Shown here in pieces: positions 46,612 through 59,377 of a stretch of 64,000 bases of DNA (positions are counted from its first letter, which is position 1; the number at the start of each line of letters is the position of its first letter). Below the pieces are notes generated by a model, which saw only the letters and a program-made list of their open reading frames with translations, was not told the DNA's origin and ran no database searches. This DNA is from Ranitomeya imitator (Eukaryota). The translations under genes were made by a program, and so were the position numbers. The stretch spans positions 535,308,001 through 535,372,000 of the forward strand of contig NC_091284.1 of assembly GCF_032444005.1 (NCBI RefSeq), given 5' to 3'.

Positions 46612-46859
46612 TTAAGGCACAATAAAGTGTTTATTTCTTTTTCACCCGGATTGGATGCTGTCCTTCACTTCTGAATAGTGGCTCCATTGGGATCTGGTGG
46701 GGAAAATGAACTGTGGAGATCACAAAACTCAAGTTTCACGGCACCTGCTGGACCTCTGAAAATGTGAAGTGAGGGCCGCATAATGACATGGCAGTGGACG
46801 TGGTGGTGTTAGCGGGCAAGGCCCAAAATTCAAATGGGCATGTTTTAGTTGGCATTGTA

Positions 46860-47408
46860 CAGTGATGGCGAATATGTATTCCACTATCTAGCTAACCATT
46901 TGAAATGAGTGAGCGACCTCTCAAATGTAGGAGTGAGAGCCCTCACAAATGTTAAAGGAAAATCAAAAGCCAAAACGATCCATGTGAACATATGCTAAAG
47001 GGAAGGTATAAGTTTTTATTTATTTATTTTTTTTAATTTTGCATTATATATGTAATCATGAAAGAAAAAATGTTTTTCCCTTTAAAAAAAAAAAAAGGTT
47101 TGGTAGGTCTTTTTATAAATCTTAAAATCGGCGCAATAATCTGACAACATTATTCCCATATACCATATGTGAGTCAGAAAGGCATGCAGGAATTTTCTCC
47201 ATGCTGTTCCTATTTAGTTTTAGCACTTTCCCATCCATTTCAGCTTTTTCTTCAGGCCCCCAGGCCTGTTTGTTGGGTCCAGCAGAAAAATATTCAGTTT
47301 TCCCATTGACTTGCGTTGGATTCATTACTCGGTACGAATACATGGATATTAGAAATTATTCATGCCTATTTTCCCGAATCCGAATATTTCACTATTTGCT
47401 CATCACTA
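46860..47408. mobile_element. Degenerate hAT-type MITE
   Basis: Ends GCTCATCACTA; imperfect left terminus CAGTGATGGCGAATA. Confidence 0.4.
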
Positions 47409-47554
47409 ATAAATATATAGAAGCAAAAAAAAAAAAAACGATCAGTACCTCCTAATATGAACATGTGCAAGCTACAAAAATTGCATAATATAGACATATA
47501 TTATTATACATATATTTTGTCTAATAAACATATAGATAGATACATACCTATATA

Positions 47555-48067
47555 CAGCTCTGGCAAAAAATAAGACCGCCACCACATCAAATCCCTGTCA
47601 TGGGCAGCCCAATCTCCAGACCTGAACCCCATTGAAAACTTCTGGAATGTAATCAAGAGAATGATGGATAGTCACAAGCCATCAAACAAAGAAGAACTGC
47701 TAATATTTTTGCACCAGAATCAGTGTGAAAGACTGGTGGAAAGCATGCCAAGACACATGAAAGCTGTGATTAAAAATCATGGTTATTCCACAAAATTTTG
47801 ATTTCTGAACTCTTCCCGAGTTAAAACATTAGTATTGTTGTTTCTGAATTATTATGAACTTGTTTTCTTTGCATTATTTGAGGTCTGAAAGCACTGTTTT
47901 TTTTTTTATTTTGACCATTTCTCCTTTTCAGAAAAAAAATACAAAATTTATTGCTTGGAAATTCGGAGACGGTGTCAGAAGTTTATAGAATAAATGAACA
48001 ATTTACATTTTACTCAAAAATATACCTATAAAGAGAAAAATCAGACAAACTGAACATTTTGCAGTGG
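47555..48067 (+). mobile_element. Internally deleted Tc1 element with transposase C-terminus
   Basis: TA + CAGCTCTGGCAAAA terminus. Encodes AQSPDLNPIENFWNVIKR...MPRHMKAVIKNHGYSTKF* (about 47600-47800). Right TIR cut at 48068. Confidence 0.85.
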
Positions 48068-48779
48068 TCACAAATGTTTATTTAATAAATAGTATATAGT
48101 AAAACGTGAAATTTAACATCGTTAACGTTATGCAGTAACATACACGAATAGAATGCCTAGAAATGCTGAAACCCTCTTCCCCAAAATACCCACAAATGGT
48201 GCCCCCACAGTGGAGAGTAACAGAGAGCCCCCCCCAAAAAAGGGTCACATATAATCAGGCGCCCTATAGTGAGAAAGCCACAATCAGCATAGCTCAATAA
48301 CAAATACCAATATCCCAGAGCCAGCGTCCCTCAGTAGGGTTAAATATAACGCTGCTAAATAGGGGGTTGGTAAAGAGACAGGGCTTACCAGTAACGGGGG
48401 CAAGGGGGCAAAGTGGGGAGACAGCCGAAAGGTGGACCCCGATGCGTGTTTCGTGGCAATACGGTGCCGCTTCCTCAAGGGGATATCCCTAGCAGCGTTA
48501 TATTTAACCCTACTGAGGGACGCTGGCTCTGGGATATTGGTATTTGTTATTGAGCTATGCCGATTATGGCTTTCTCACTATAGGGCGCCTGTTTATATGT
48601 GACCCTTTTTTTGGGGGGGCTCTATGTTACTCTCCACTGTGGGGGCACCATTTGTGGGTATTTTGGGGAAGAGGGTTTCAGTATTTCTAGGCATTCTATT
48701 CGTGTATGTTACTGCATAATGTTAACGATGTTAAATTTCACGTTTTACTAGATACTATTTATTAAATAAACATTTGTGA
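48068..48779. mobile_element. PLE4: PLE-derived hairpin with 290-bp arms (48068-48357, 48490-48779) and a decayed hammerhead in the loop (48437-48482, minus)
   Basis: Arms are near reverse complements. Loop on the minus strand reads CCCC-TTGAGGA-A-GCGGCA...TGCCAC-GAA-ACACGCAT-C-GGGG. No TSD identified. Confidence 0.75.
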
Positions 48780-48790
48780 TATTATTTTCA

Positions 48791-49998
48791 TCAATGCTCC
48801 ACAATTTTTCTCCTGTTCAAAAACAGTTTGGAGGTGTGTTTGGGGTCATTGTCCTGTTGAAAAATAAATGATGGTCCAACTAAACGCAAACCAGGTGGAA
48901 TAGCATGCCGCTGCAAGATGCTGTGGTAGCCATGCTGGTTCAGTATGACTTCAATTTTGAATAAATCCCCAAGAGTGTCACCAGCAAGCACCCCCACACC
49001 ATCACACCTCCTCCTCCATGCTTCACGGTGGGAACCAGGCATGTAGAGTCCATCCGTTCACCTTTTCTGCGTCACAAAAAGAAACAGTGGTTGGAACCAA
49101 AGATCTCAAACTTGGACTCCTCAGACCAAAGCACAGATTTTTCCATTCCTTGTGTTCTTTAGTCCAAACAAGTTTCTTCTGCTTGTTGCCTGCCCTTAGC
49201 AGTGGTTTCCTAGCAGCTATTTTACCATGAAGGCCTGCTGCACAAAGTCTCCTCTTAACAGTTGATGTAGAGATGTTTTTGCTGCTAGAACTCTGTGTGG
49301 CATTGACCTGGTTTCTAATCTGAGCTGCTCTTAACCTGCGATTTCTGAAGCTGGTGACTCAGATAAACGTATCCTCAGAAGCAGAGGTGACTCTTGGTCT
49401 TCCTTTCCTGGGGCGGTCCTCATGTGAGCCAGTTTCATTGTAGCGCTTGATGGTTTTTGCAACTGCACTTGGGGAAACTTTCAAAGTTTTTTTCCAATTT
49501 TTAAGACTGACTGACCTTCATTTCTTAAAGTAGTGATGGATTGGCCACTCGTTTTTCTTTACATAGCTGCTTTTTTCTTGCCATAATACAAATTTTAGCA
49601 GTCTATTCAGTAGGACTATCAGCTGTGTATCCACCAGACTCCTGCACAACACAACTGATGGTCCCAACCCCATTTATAAGGCAAGAAATCCCACTTATTA
49701 AACCTGACAGGGCACACCTGTGAAGTGAAAACCATTCCCGGTGACTACCTCTTGCAGCTCATCAAGAGAATGCCAAGAGTGTGCAAAGCAGTCATCAAAA
49801 CAAAAGGTGGCTACTTTGAAGAACCTAGAATATAAGACATAATTTCTGTTGTTTCACACTTTTTTGTTAAGTATATAATTCCACATGTGTTAATTCATAG
49901 TCTTGATGCCTTCAGTGTGACAGTACAATTTTCATAGTCATGAAAATACAGAAAAATCTTTAAATGAGAAGGTGTGTCCAAACTTTTGGTTTGTACTG
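48791..49998 (-). mobile_element. Tc1 transposon relic with long TIR
   Basis: TA + CAGTACAAACCAAAAGTTTGGACACACC terminus at 49998. Transposase remnant ...GPSFIFQQDNDPKHTSK. Confidence 0.88.
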
Positions 49999-50004
49999 TA
50001 TATA

Positions 50005-50525
50005 TAGGGTGGGCCATTTATATGGATACACCTACAGAAAATGGGAGTGGTTTGTGTTATCAACTTCCTGTTGTGGCACATTAGTGTATGGGAGGAGGAA
50101 AACATTTCAAAATGGGTGGTGACCATGGCAGCCATTTTGAAGTCGGCAATTTTGGATCCAACTTTATTTTTTCCAATGGGAAGAGGGTCATGTGACACAT
50201 CAAAGGTATTGAGAAATTCACAAGAAAAACAATGTTGTGCTTGGGTTTGATGTAACTTTATTCTTTCATGTTATTTTCAAGTTTATGACCACTTATAAAA
50301 TGTGTTAAAAGTGCTGCCCATTGTGTTGGATTGTCAATGCAACCCTCTTCTCCCACTCTTGACACACTGATAACAACGCCAAAGAAGAAATTTTAGCACA
50401 GGCTTCCAGTATCCGTTGTTTCAGATGCTGGGGGCATCTGAAGGCGATTGTCCATGCTGTGAAGATAGGAGATGTGCAACATCTGAAACAACGGATACTG
50501 GAAGCCTATGCTAGCATTTTTTATA
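50005..50525. mobile_element. Deleted Tc1/mariner-type element with two inverted copies of a transposase C-terminus
   Basis: Terminus TAGGGTGGGCCATTTATATGGATACACC. QHLKQRILEACAKIS...WEKRVALTIQHNGQHF on minus (50300-50432) and VQHLKQRILEAYASI on plus (50474-50520). Confidence 0.6.
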
Positions 50526-50669
50526 CGTTGAGTGTGACTCCGGCCCTTGGAGTTTTTGGAGCATTTTTCTTTTCCAAAACTCTTCAAAATTGTTTCAGAA
50601 AATGCTTCAGGATGAGTTCTTTTCAGGGAGCATTTTTTAGCACCCTTTTTTGAAATGACAGTGCCTAGG

Positions 50670-53600
50670 TGTTAAGGACTGGCGGAACGCACCAAGTATA
50701 GATGATATGAAACTAGGTGCGTTCGCAGTCCGAGGTCCACCGTGCAGGTAAAAACCCTGCTGCTAGTAAGACTGACTATATGACGGTACTATAAGTATAC
50801 ACGCACGGGTTAACTTCACCCTGCGTGAAGGAAGCGATCCTGTTGAGTCACAGGACCGCGGTACCACACATAGAGCACGAGCAAGAAGTCAGCGAACACA
50901 ACCCCAACACAGGATTGAAGTCCGATTAGACCACTTGCTGGCACAACACCGCAACTGGGTGTGTAAGGAAACTATTAAAATAGTATATAAAGGCATGAGA
51001 GTGCATGCAGTGCCGCACTGACGGATGCCACTAACCACCCAGGCTTGGGTAAGGAAAGCGCAGAGGAAGCGCACGGCGCCGTACAGGCGGTCACAGCAAC
51101 TAGACGCTGTTATGTGTGTAACGTGCTGTTGGATAAGTCGGGCGCTAGATAGCAAACATACACCTTCCGCGAACAGTCATCCAATAGGGAGGGTATTTTA
51201 AAGAGCGACTTTCACTCACAGCACACACACATATTATCAAGACAATACTAGCGCATGGCCGTGCGGTCATGCGCAGTTTATATAGTTGCAGCACAGGAAG
51301 CTGCTACAGAAGTTTTGCCCTTTCAGGACCTGCCAAGAGGACCAATGGGATGTGCTGCAGCACCTGAGCATGTGACCCTTGATCTCCAACAGGAGATCCT
51401 GTCCTGGGCATGCTCAGTGTGTGCAAATAAGGACTTAGTCCCAGGGAAGCCAGCTCGCCGCAGATCAGTGCAGGGTACAACAGGAGAGCTGGAAAAGGCA
51501 GCAGTAACCCTTTGCACAGAATCAGTCCCAGTGAGACGCTGGGAGCGACGCCTCCGCTGAGCAGAGCCCACTGCGGCCGAAGCAGAATGGGAGACCGCAG
51601 CAGACACGGATCGAAATTCCCCCTGTGCAGCAGAGGAAACTCGACTCCTAACATTACCCCCCCTCCTAGGGCCCCCCCTCCTTGGGCCTCGCTACGTTCG
51701 AAGGCAGCAATAAGCTGCGGAGCCCGAATGTGCTCAGCAGGCTCCCAGGACCTATCCTCAGGGCCGTAACCCTTCCAGTCCAGCCAAAAAAATTTTTTGC
51801 CACATACCACCTTGCACCCCAAGATAGCATTCACCTCGAAATCGTCCGTAGACGAACCCGATGTCTCGGCAGATGACTCAGAAAACCGGGACATGTATAC
51901 GGGCTTAAGGAGGGACACATGAAAGGTGTCGGTGATACCAAGGCGTGGAGGAAGGGCCAGACGGTAGACCACAGGATTAACCTGTTCGAGGACCTTGAAG
52001 GAACCCAAGTAGCGAGGAGCAAACTTAGTGGACTCAACTCGCAGCCTGATGTTACGGGCGGAGAGCCACACCAAGTCGCCAGGAGCAAAGGTCGGAGCGG
52101 GGCGCCGATGAGCATCGGCGGAGGACCTCATTCTCTCCTTAGAGGCCCGAATGCGGTCCCAAATATCCCGTGCCTCCACAGCCCAGTCTGCCACCCTGGA
52201 GTCTGCGGAAGACACGGGCATAGGCACAGGTACCCATGGATGCTGACCATAGTTGAGGAGGAATAGGGTTTGTCCAGTGGAGTCGGCTACGGCGTTGTTC
52301 AGCGCAAACTCTGCCCATGATAGCAAGGATGCCCAGTCATCCTGCCTGGCTGAAACAAAATGTCGCAGGTATGTGACCAAGGTCTGGTTGGCCCTCTCTA
52401 CCAACCCATTCGTCTCGGGATGATAAGCGGAAGAGAGATTCAACTCAATACTGAGAAGACGACAAAGCTCTCTCCAGAACCGAGACGCAAACTGGGGACC
52501 CCGGTCACTGACCATTTTGTCTGGCATACCATGTAGGCGGAAGATGTGTTTAATGAACAACGCTGCCAAGGCCCGTGCAGAAGGTAACGGCACCAAATGC
52601 ACCATTTTTGAGAAATGATCGGTGATGACCCAAATGATGGTACAGCCGCGAGATTTGGGTAAACCCACGACAAAGTCCATCCCGACCATCTCCCAGGGCC
52701 TATCTGCCACCGGCAATGGATAGAGCAACCCAGCTGGCCTTTGCCACGGAGATTTATTTTTGGCACAGGAGACACACGCCTGAATATAATCCCTGACATC
52801 CCGGACCATATGCGGCCACCAGTACGTCCTCGCCAGTAGCTCAGATGTCCTCTTTGTCCCAAAGTGTCCACCCACCCTGGACGAATGAGCCCAGGAGAGA
52901 ACCTCCTGTCGCAAATTAATGGGCACAAAAGTCTTGCCCGGAGGCACAGACTCCAGCGAAACCGGCGCTACCGTTCTCAGGCTCTCAGAAGGGACAATAA
53001 GCCGAGGCTCCTCTTCCTCCTCTTCAGTTGACATAAGGGAGCGAGAGAGAGCGTCAGCACGAATATTCTTCTCCCCGGCGAGAAAATGAAGGGAAAAGTG
53101 GAACCGGGAAAAGAACAAGGACCATCTGGCTTGGCGAGAATTTAGCCGCTGGGCTGTTTGCAAGTAGACCAAATTTTTGTGGTCCGTGTAAACTTGGAAG
53201 GGAAACCGCGCACCTTCCAGAAGGTGTCTCCACTCTGAAAAGGCCAATTTCATTGCTAGCAAATCCCTATTCCCGATGGAGTAGTTTCTCTCCGCTGGCG
53301 TGAAGGTCTTAGAGAAAAAGAAGCATGGATGCTTCCGACCTTGAGCATCCTTTTGATAGAGGACTGCTCCAGCACCAACGGATGAGGCATCCACCTCCAT
53401 TAGGAATGGCTTATCTACATCGGGACGATGTAAGATGGGAGCGCTAGCAAAGTGGGACTTAATAGAAGTGAAGGCCTTGGAGACCTCTTCCGACCACAAT
53501 TTGGGATTCGCTCCCTTCTTGGTGAGGGCTACCAAGGGAGCTACCAGAGTTGAGAAGTGGGGAATGAACTGGCGGTAATAGTTAATGAACCCCATAAAGC

Positions 53601-53855
53601 GCTGCACCGCTTTAAGAGAATGGGGCTCTTGCCAGTCCATCACAGCCTGTAGTTTGGCAGGATCCATAGCCAATCCCTGGGCGGAGATGATATAGCCCAG
53701 GAACGGTAAAGACTCCTGCTCAAACATACACTTCTCCAACTTAGCATAAAGAGAGTTTGCCCGTAGGAGGTCGAAGACTCTGCCAACATCTCTCCGGTGG
53801 GAGAATATATATAGAGAAAGATGAGAATATCATCCAGATAGACTACAACTGAGGT
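50670..53855 (-). mobile_element. Gypsy D: 5'-truncated chromovirus (RT end, RNase H, integrase, chromodomain, PPT, 3' LTR 50670-51653)
   Basis: ORF 51304-53739 with integrase and chromodomain (FEVNAIL...WKGYGPEDRSW). Frameshifted [11 protein letters not shown] near 53820-53850. LTR TGTTA...TAACA. Confidence 0.93.
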
Positions 53856-56800
53856 TAGATTGGATACCATCAGGCTCTGGTTCAAGAAGTAGCATGCATT
53901 TTTTTTCCACCAGGCATTTTTTTAAAAAACATCTTCAGAAAGAAAAAGGCTAAAAAACCTCCTCATATGAATAGCCAAGTGGATTTCCCATAGCAAAGAA
54001 TAGAAAGAGTCCAAAACATTTTTAAATGCTTTTTGGGGAGGAATTTGAAGCAGATCTGCTCCCAAAATGTTAAAAAATGTGTAACATATCTTAAAAAAAA
54101 GAAAAGAAAATGTGGCTTTTGGATAGACGGATAGAGCATTACTTGCCTGGAAAATTTTAATGTTCCTAATTGGGGTCATTCTGAAGATCCATTGCTGTTC
54201 TCCACTAGGTCACAGCTGGATATAACAATGGTGCGGCAGTGTCGTGAACCACTTGGGAAGTATTTCTACTGTCTACATCGTCACCCCGTGACAATATTGT
54301 AACTGAACAGCTGTCATGAGCCACCATGCAATTTGTATGGGAAATATTCGAACTGTGGCAGCACATATGTTGCCTAGTACTTGTATACACAGTGTGGCCA
54401 CCAGTACAGGAAGACGCTAACAGCTGGGAAACTAGAGGCATAAAGAATATACGAAATGTATCCTTGGAGGTAGAAGCAGAAATGCAGGAGGCAATGCCAT
54501 TTATTGTTATTAGGTTACATCAGGGTACTTTTGCATTAGGCTATGAGAAAAAAAGTGATTCAAGGTAGTTGGGAGTGGGAAAGAGCTACACATGTTAAAC
54601 TGGTCAGAATGATCTCTCTAAAATGCCTTATTGAAGACTGAAGCTGCCTAAATTTAGTGAATCTGAATAACACAGAAACGTTACGTTATATTAGGCAGAT
54701 GAGTGTATAGCATACAATCCTGAAGGACAGGTCAGGTTGACATATTTAACATAATTGCATACAGTAATACGTATTTTCTTTTTTTCAGAATAAGAATAGC
54801 AAATGCTAAGTGAATATTTTGATGTGTAACTGTTATTTTTTACCTATACGAGAGAGTAATAAATGGATTTTTATTTTTAGTTTTGCAAAAATCTTTGTAT
54901 TCTGCTCCACACCTAAGCTCGAAGTGAGTATGAATAATAAAGAAATACCAAGTGATAACAGGCCAGATGAGGCAGCGGTATCTCGGAAATTCATTCCTGT
55001 AATTGTAGCATGTTCTCGGCACCTGTTCATTATTTTGCACCCTTTGAACACGGGAGGTTAAGTTCCTCGCAGAGTAAAAATCTTTTGGCCCATTAAAAAG
55101 GCATCACCAACAGAGGCAAGTATGTAACAAAGTTACTTTTTCTCTCTGCATTTATTCCTGTCAAACAGAAAGGGGCCAATAATGACTTCGTGTTCGCATT
55201 GTGTATCCTCTGGAGAACAACGTTGTTTTCTTCGTTATAATACAGTGCTGACGTTTTAAGCTGAGTGGGTCACAGTATGGATACCGGTTCCCATATTAAG
55301 AGCACTCATACAATCCTGCTTCAGAATAATAAAGTACACCTGCTTTCTTTCTGCAGGCTTAGAGCGTTATTAGAAGCATGCTAAAGGAAGACTTTCAGCA
55401 CAAAATGTAGCCCATATAGCCCTTATAAAGCCGGACATTTTGTTTTCTTTCCACCTTCCCCAGTTAAAAAAAGGTTATTTTAATCAAATGTGATAATTAG
55501 GTGGTCAGTGCACCCTTGTCATTACCGTGTGTCCGTGTATAGTGCGTCCCATAAATTTTACAAGCCTCTGCCTCCTCTTGCCCTGTCAATCAGTAGACAA
55601 AGTAGTGGAGGCATGCAAAATCTATGGGAGGAACAATGAAGCGAGCGACTTGGTTATGTCAAGGACCTACTCATCACTTAATTAACTTGTATTGTCAAAA
55701 TACAAATACATTTTCTGAAGAATGGAGAATGCAATTAGAACATTAGGTTAAAGGGGTAATCTCCTACTTGGCCAATCCCTTCTCAATCTGTATATTTTCT
55801 TTTTTGCATTTTTTTTAAAAATAATAACACTTAAAGCACACTCACGTTAGCGTTTAAAAAAATAGCTCTGACGTTGCTCCTGAAAAGTTGGACGAGAGGA
55901 ATCCGTATGGTTCAACTTATGTCATGCCAATGCACTTTTTTTTTTCTCACCTAGCTTCCATATGACAACCGTATGACATGCGTTTTTAACATCATCTTTT
56001 ACATACTGTAATTATGTAATTTAAAACTAGTTTTCAAACTAATAAAGCAATCTTATAGACAAAGATGGATAAATAGAGAAAAAATACCTGACCAGCACCT
56101 CCTAAGTGTGAACAGGTGCAAGCTGCGATAGCTGCATTATATAGAATAAGAAAAAACAGCAGCACTCTATATGAGCCAAGAGATAAGCAAACACTAAAGA
56201 CATTCAATCTAAAGTGTTTTATTACTCAGTAAGATGTACTTACAAAAATGAAGGTTCTATATGAGGGAATATTTCTTGTTTTTCTCTTTTTATGTCTTTC
56301 AGGCTCCCATTTATGGTCTACATCAGAATTCTTGGACTATATATATTTTTTAAAATTAATTGGCGAAATGGCTAGTGTCGGGAAGGGTTGAAATAAAATG
56401 TTTCTGTGTTTTTTTTTCTTTTAACTTACTTGGTTAGTAATGGAAGTGTCTGATAGACGTCTCTCCATTACTAACCCTTGGGCTTGATGCCAGCTGACAT
56501 TATAAAGCTGACATCAACCCCACAAACCATTATCCCAATTGCCAAGGCACCAGGGCAATCAGGTAGAGCCGTGCCAAGCACCATAATTGATGCATCTAAC
56601 GGATGTTCCAATTCTGGGGTGGTTGTGGGCGCGTATTTATTTAGGCTTGAAAGTGCTCAATAATCATGGACCTTCCCAGCCTGATAATAGAAGTCCACAG
56701 CTGTCTTATTTATCTTGACTGGTTATCAAAAATAGGGGCACTCCACGTCATGTTTTTTAAAATTAATTATTTATTTAATAGGATAAATAAGGCTAAACAC

Positions 56801-58796
56801 CCTTTATTGACATTGCAAAAAGGAAAATGGGCTGATGAAAAAGTTTGGGCACCCTTGGAGATTTTTGTGCTCAGATATCTTTGAGCAAAGTTTCAGACTT
56901 TAATTAGCCTGTTCGGGTTATATGGCTTGTTCACTATCATCCCTAAGATTCAAAAGTAGCATGAATCTCCTGTCAGGTTCCCTTTATCGTAAGGGGGCAC
57001 AAAGTGGGGAATTATTAATGTTTTGGGGCATAAAGGAGAAGTGCTATTAATGCATGGAGTCACAAAGGTGACATTAATAGTGTGAGGCATAAATGGGACA
57101 TTATTAATGTATGGGGCCATGAAGGTGGGTATTATTGTGTGGGACAACGCAGGGGGAGGGGACACTGTGGCACTTTGAAGTTTGTGTAGAAGTTGGGAGG
57201 AAGCTCTAGAAGTGGCCTGAAATAAATGTTTTTGTGTTGCATTATTTAGAGAGGATACCTTCCTGGAAGAAGTCATATAAGAATAGAGAAAATGAATACC
57301 TTTTGGAGATGTTACTGGATTTACTTGTACTGTATACACTTCCAGTCTGCAGAACTGCTTTCTAATATTTCTTTGTCATGATATAAGTGTAATTTTCCCT
57401 TAGTATTGTATTTACTCTTAAGTATCAATATAGTGGTATTATTCAGTCACTCTGCTGGTAATATACGTTAAAGTGTGGTATTATTTATCCCTTCTATATT
57501 GCATTATTGGTACATTGGTCTTGCTACAGTGGGAGTGGGTTTTGAAATATATGTTCCTTACAGTCATGGTGTGGTGGCATTATTTTGCCCTCATACAGTG
57601 GTATTATTCAGTCTCCACTGTGTATGCTGGTAATATGTGGTTATGGTATGATGGAGCGACCATGCATCAATTTGGACTTACCCTATCAGCATGGAAATGA
57701 GCAACATTATGGTAGGGTAGGTCCAAATTTTGCACTGGGGCCTACAGGATTCTTGCTATACCACGGATTATATTGCATGCAGTTGACACAGTAGACAGTC
57801 AATTCAGTGAAATAATTGTATAGGTAGAGCAACACATTGGAGTCGATTGTAAATGCAATCCCTTACGTTACCCTTCTGGTCAGATCTGTTAGCCCGCAGA
57901 ATAGATGCTTAGTCCACTCAACTACAGGGTCAGTAATCCACCCTAGGTTTGATATACTAACATACTGTATACCGTGCAAAATAATGTAATTTTATCTCTC
58001 ACTGCTTACAGGACAAATATAATAACTGGATTGGAAAAATAACCTTATAAAGTTTCTAGCTACTGATTCTCAGAGAGAAATAGACGTCACTCTCAGGAAT
58101 GAATCACTGAGCTTGATTGTTAAATGAAAAAGTTATTAAATCCACATATCAAATATAAATGCACCTTCACTCCATGTACAAGATTACTGTAACACGGCCT
58201 CCACTGTGCATTAATTCATATGACAAGCACCGTGCTTTGTCTTTGCACATTTAATCAGCAGATTATTTTTTTATCTATGTAAGTAATTCAATGCATATTT
58301 AAAAGGGGTCCTCTCACCTCCAAAAATACTATTTACCTGTAGTTATAGGATTAATCTGCAGGTAAATGTCATTAAAAGCAAGCCTGCTTGCTTTACTGAA
58401 AGAGCAGCCACAGGTAGAAAATGTTTTTACATCCTCCCTGTAGCCACTCACGTCCTGTCATTGGAGTGCAGAGAGTGGTTACAGTCTCAGCTCACTATAT
58501 AGCAAACATGCTGTAATCTCTCCCTGCACTTTGAGTGACAACCTGCTCTGCACACATGTTCTGGCACCCTGGCCTGCAATGTGTCCTGGGGAGTTATCAC
58601 ATCATGACCTTTGCATAGAGAGCGGTGACTGTAACCTGCACCCCGATGACTAGAAGTAAGTGATTATAAGGAGGATATACAGCACCCTGGATATCAAAGT
58701 ATACACCTCTTAACATTTTCAGGTTTTGTCAACTTTCTTATAATTGGGGATGAAGCCATGTTCATAATTGGCCAGTCACATTTAAACTCAAGTTAA

Positions 58797-59373
58797 AGGG
58801 ACACTGTCACCTGGATTTGGAGGGAACAATCTTCAGCCATGGGGGCGGGGTTTTTGGGTTTTTGATTCACCCTTTCCTTACCCGCTGGCTGCATGCTGGC
58901 TGCAATATTGGATTGAAGTTCATTCTCTGTCCTCCGTAGTACACGCCTGCACAAGGCAATTTTGCCTTGTGCAGGCATGTACTATTTGGGACAGAGAATG
59001 TCTGCCTGTTGAGGGCAGAACAAAGTACTGCAGTGCGCAGGCGCCGGAAAGGTCAGAGAGGCCCGGCGCCTGTGCACTGCAGTACTTTGCTCTGCCCTCA
59101 ACAGGGCAGACAAAGTACGCCTGCGCCGGAGCCGTGGCTGAAGATCAGAAGAGGACATCTTGGAATGAAGATGGGAGGCGCCGCAGCGGACCAGAGACAC
59201 CCATCCGACCTGACCAGCAGCGGGACCGCCCCTGGGTGAGTATAATATAACGTCTTTTTCTCCTCTTTCAGGTAACATCGGGGGCTTATCTACAGCATTA
59301 CAGAATGCTGTAGATAAGCCCCTGATGCCAGTGGGCTTACCTCACCCGCGATTTTCGGGGTGACAGGTTCCCT
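58797..59373. mobile_element. T2/Kolobok-type MITE
   Basis: TTAA at 58793-58796 and 59374-59377. TIRs AGGGACACTGTCACC / GGTGACAGGTTCCCT. Confidence 0.85.
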
Positions 59374-59377
59374 TTAA

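Larger units (their letters stand above)
45345..46676 (-). mobile_element. PLE3: ORF-less Penelope-derived insertion forming a long hairpin
   Basis: 15-bp TSD AGTGGCTCCATTGGG at 45330-45344 and 46677-46691. Arms 45438-46050 and 46087-46676, 36-bp spacer. The length difference equals a 23-bp tandem duplication in the left arm. Confidence 0.88.

Noticed and set aside
22217-46691. Target consensus for PLE insertions
   Set aside because: The three TSDs (TCTGATTTACCTC, CTATCTTCTCCTGGT, AGTGGCTCCATTGGG) share no convincing motif.
54780-55130. Candidate small host exons (polypyrimidine-AG...GT patterns)
   Set aside because: No recognisable protein in any frame; cannot be supported without RNA-seq or homology search.
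56030-56260. Possible further PLE 3' remnant (cagcactc motif)
   Set aside because: Only a partial motif match; no ribozyme, ORF or TSD.
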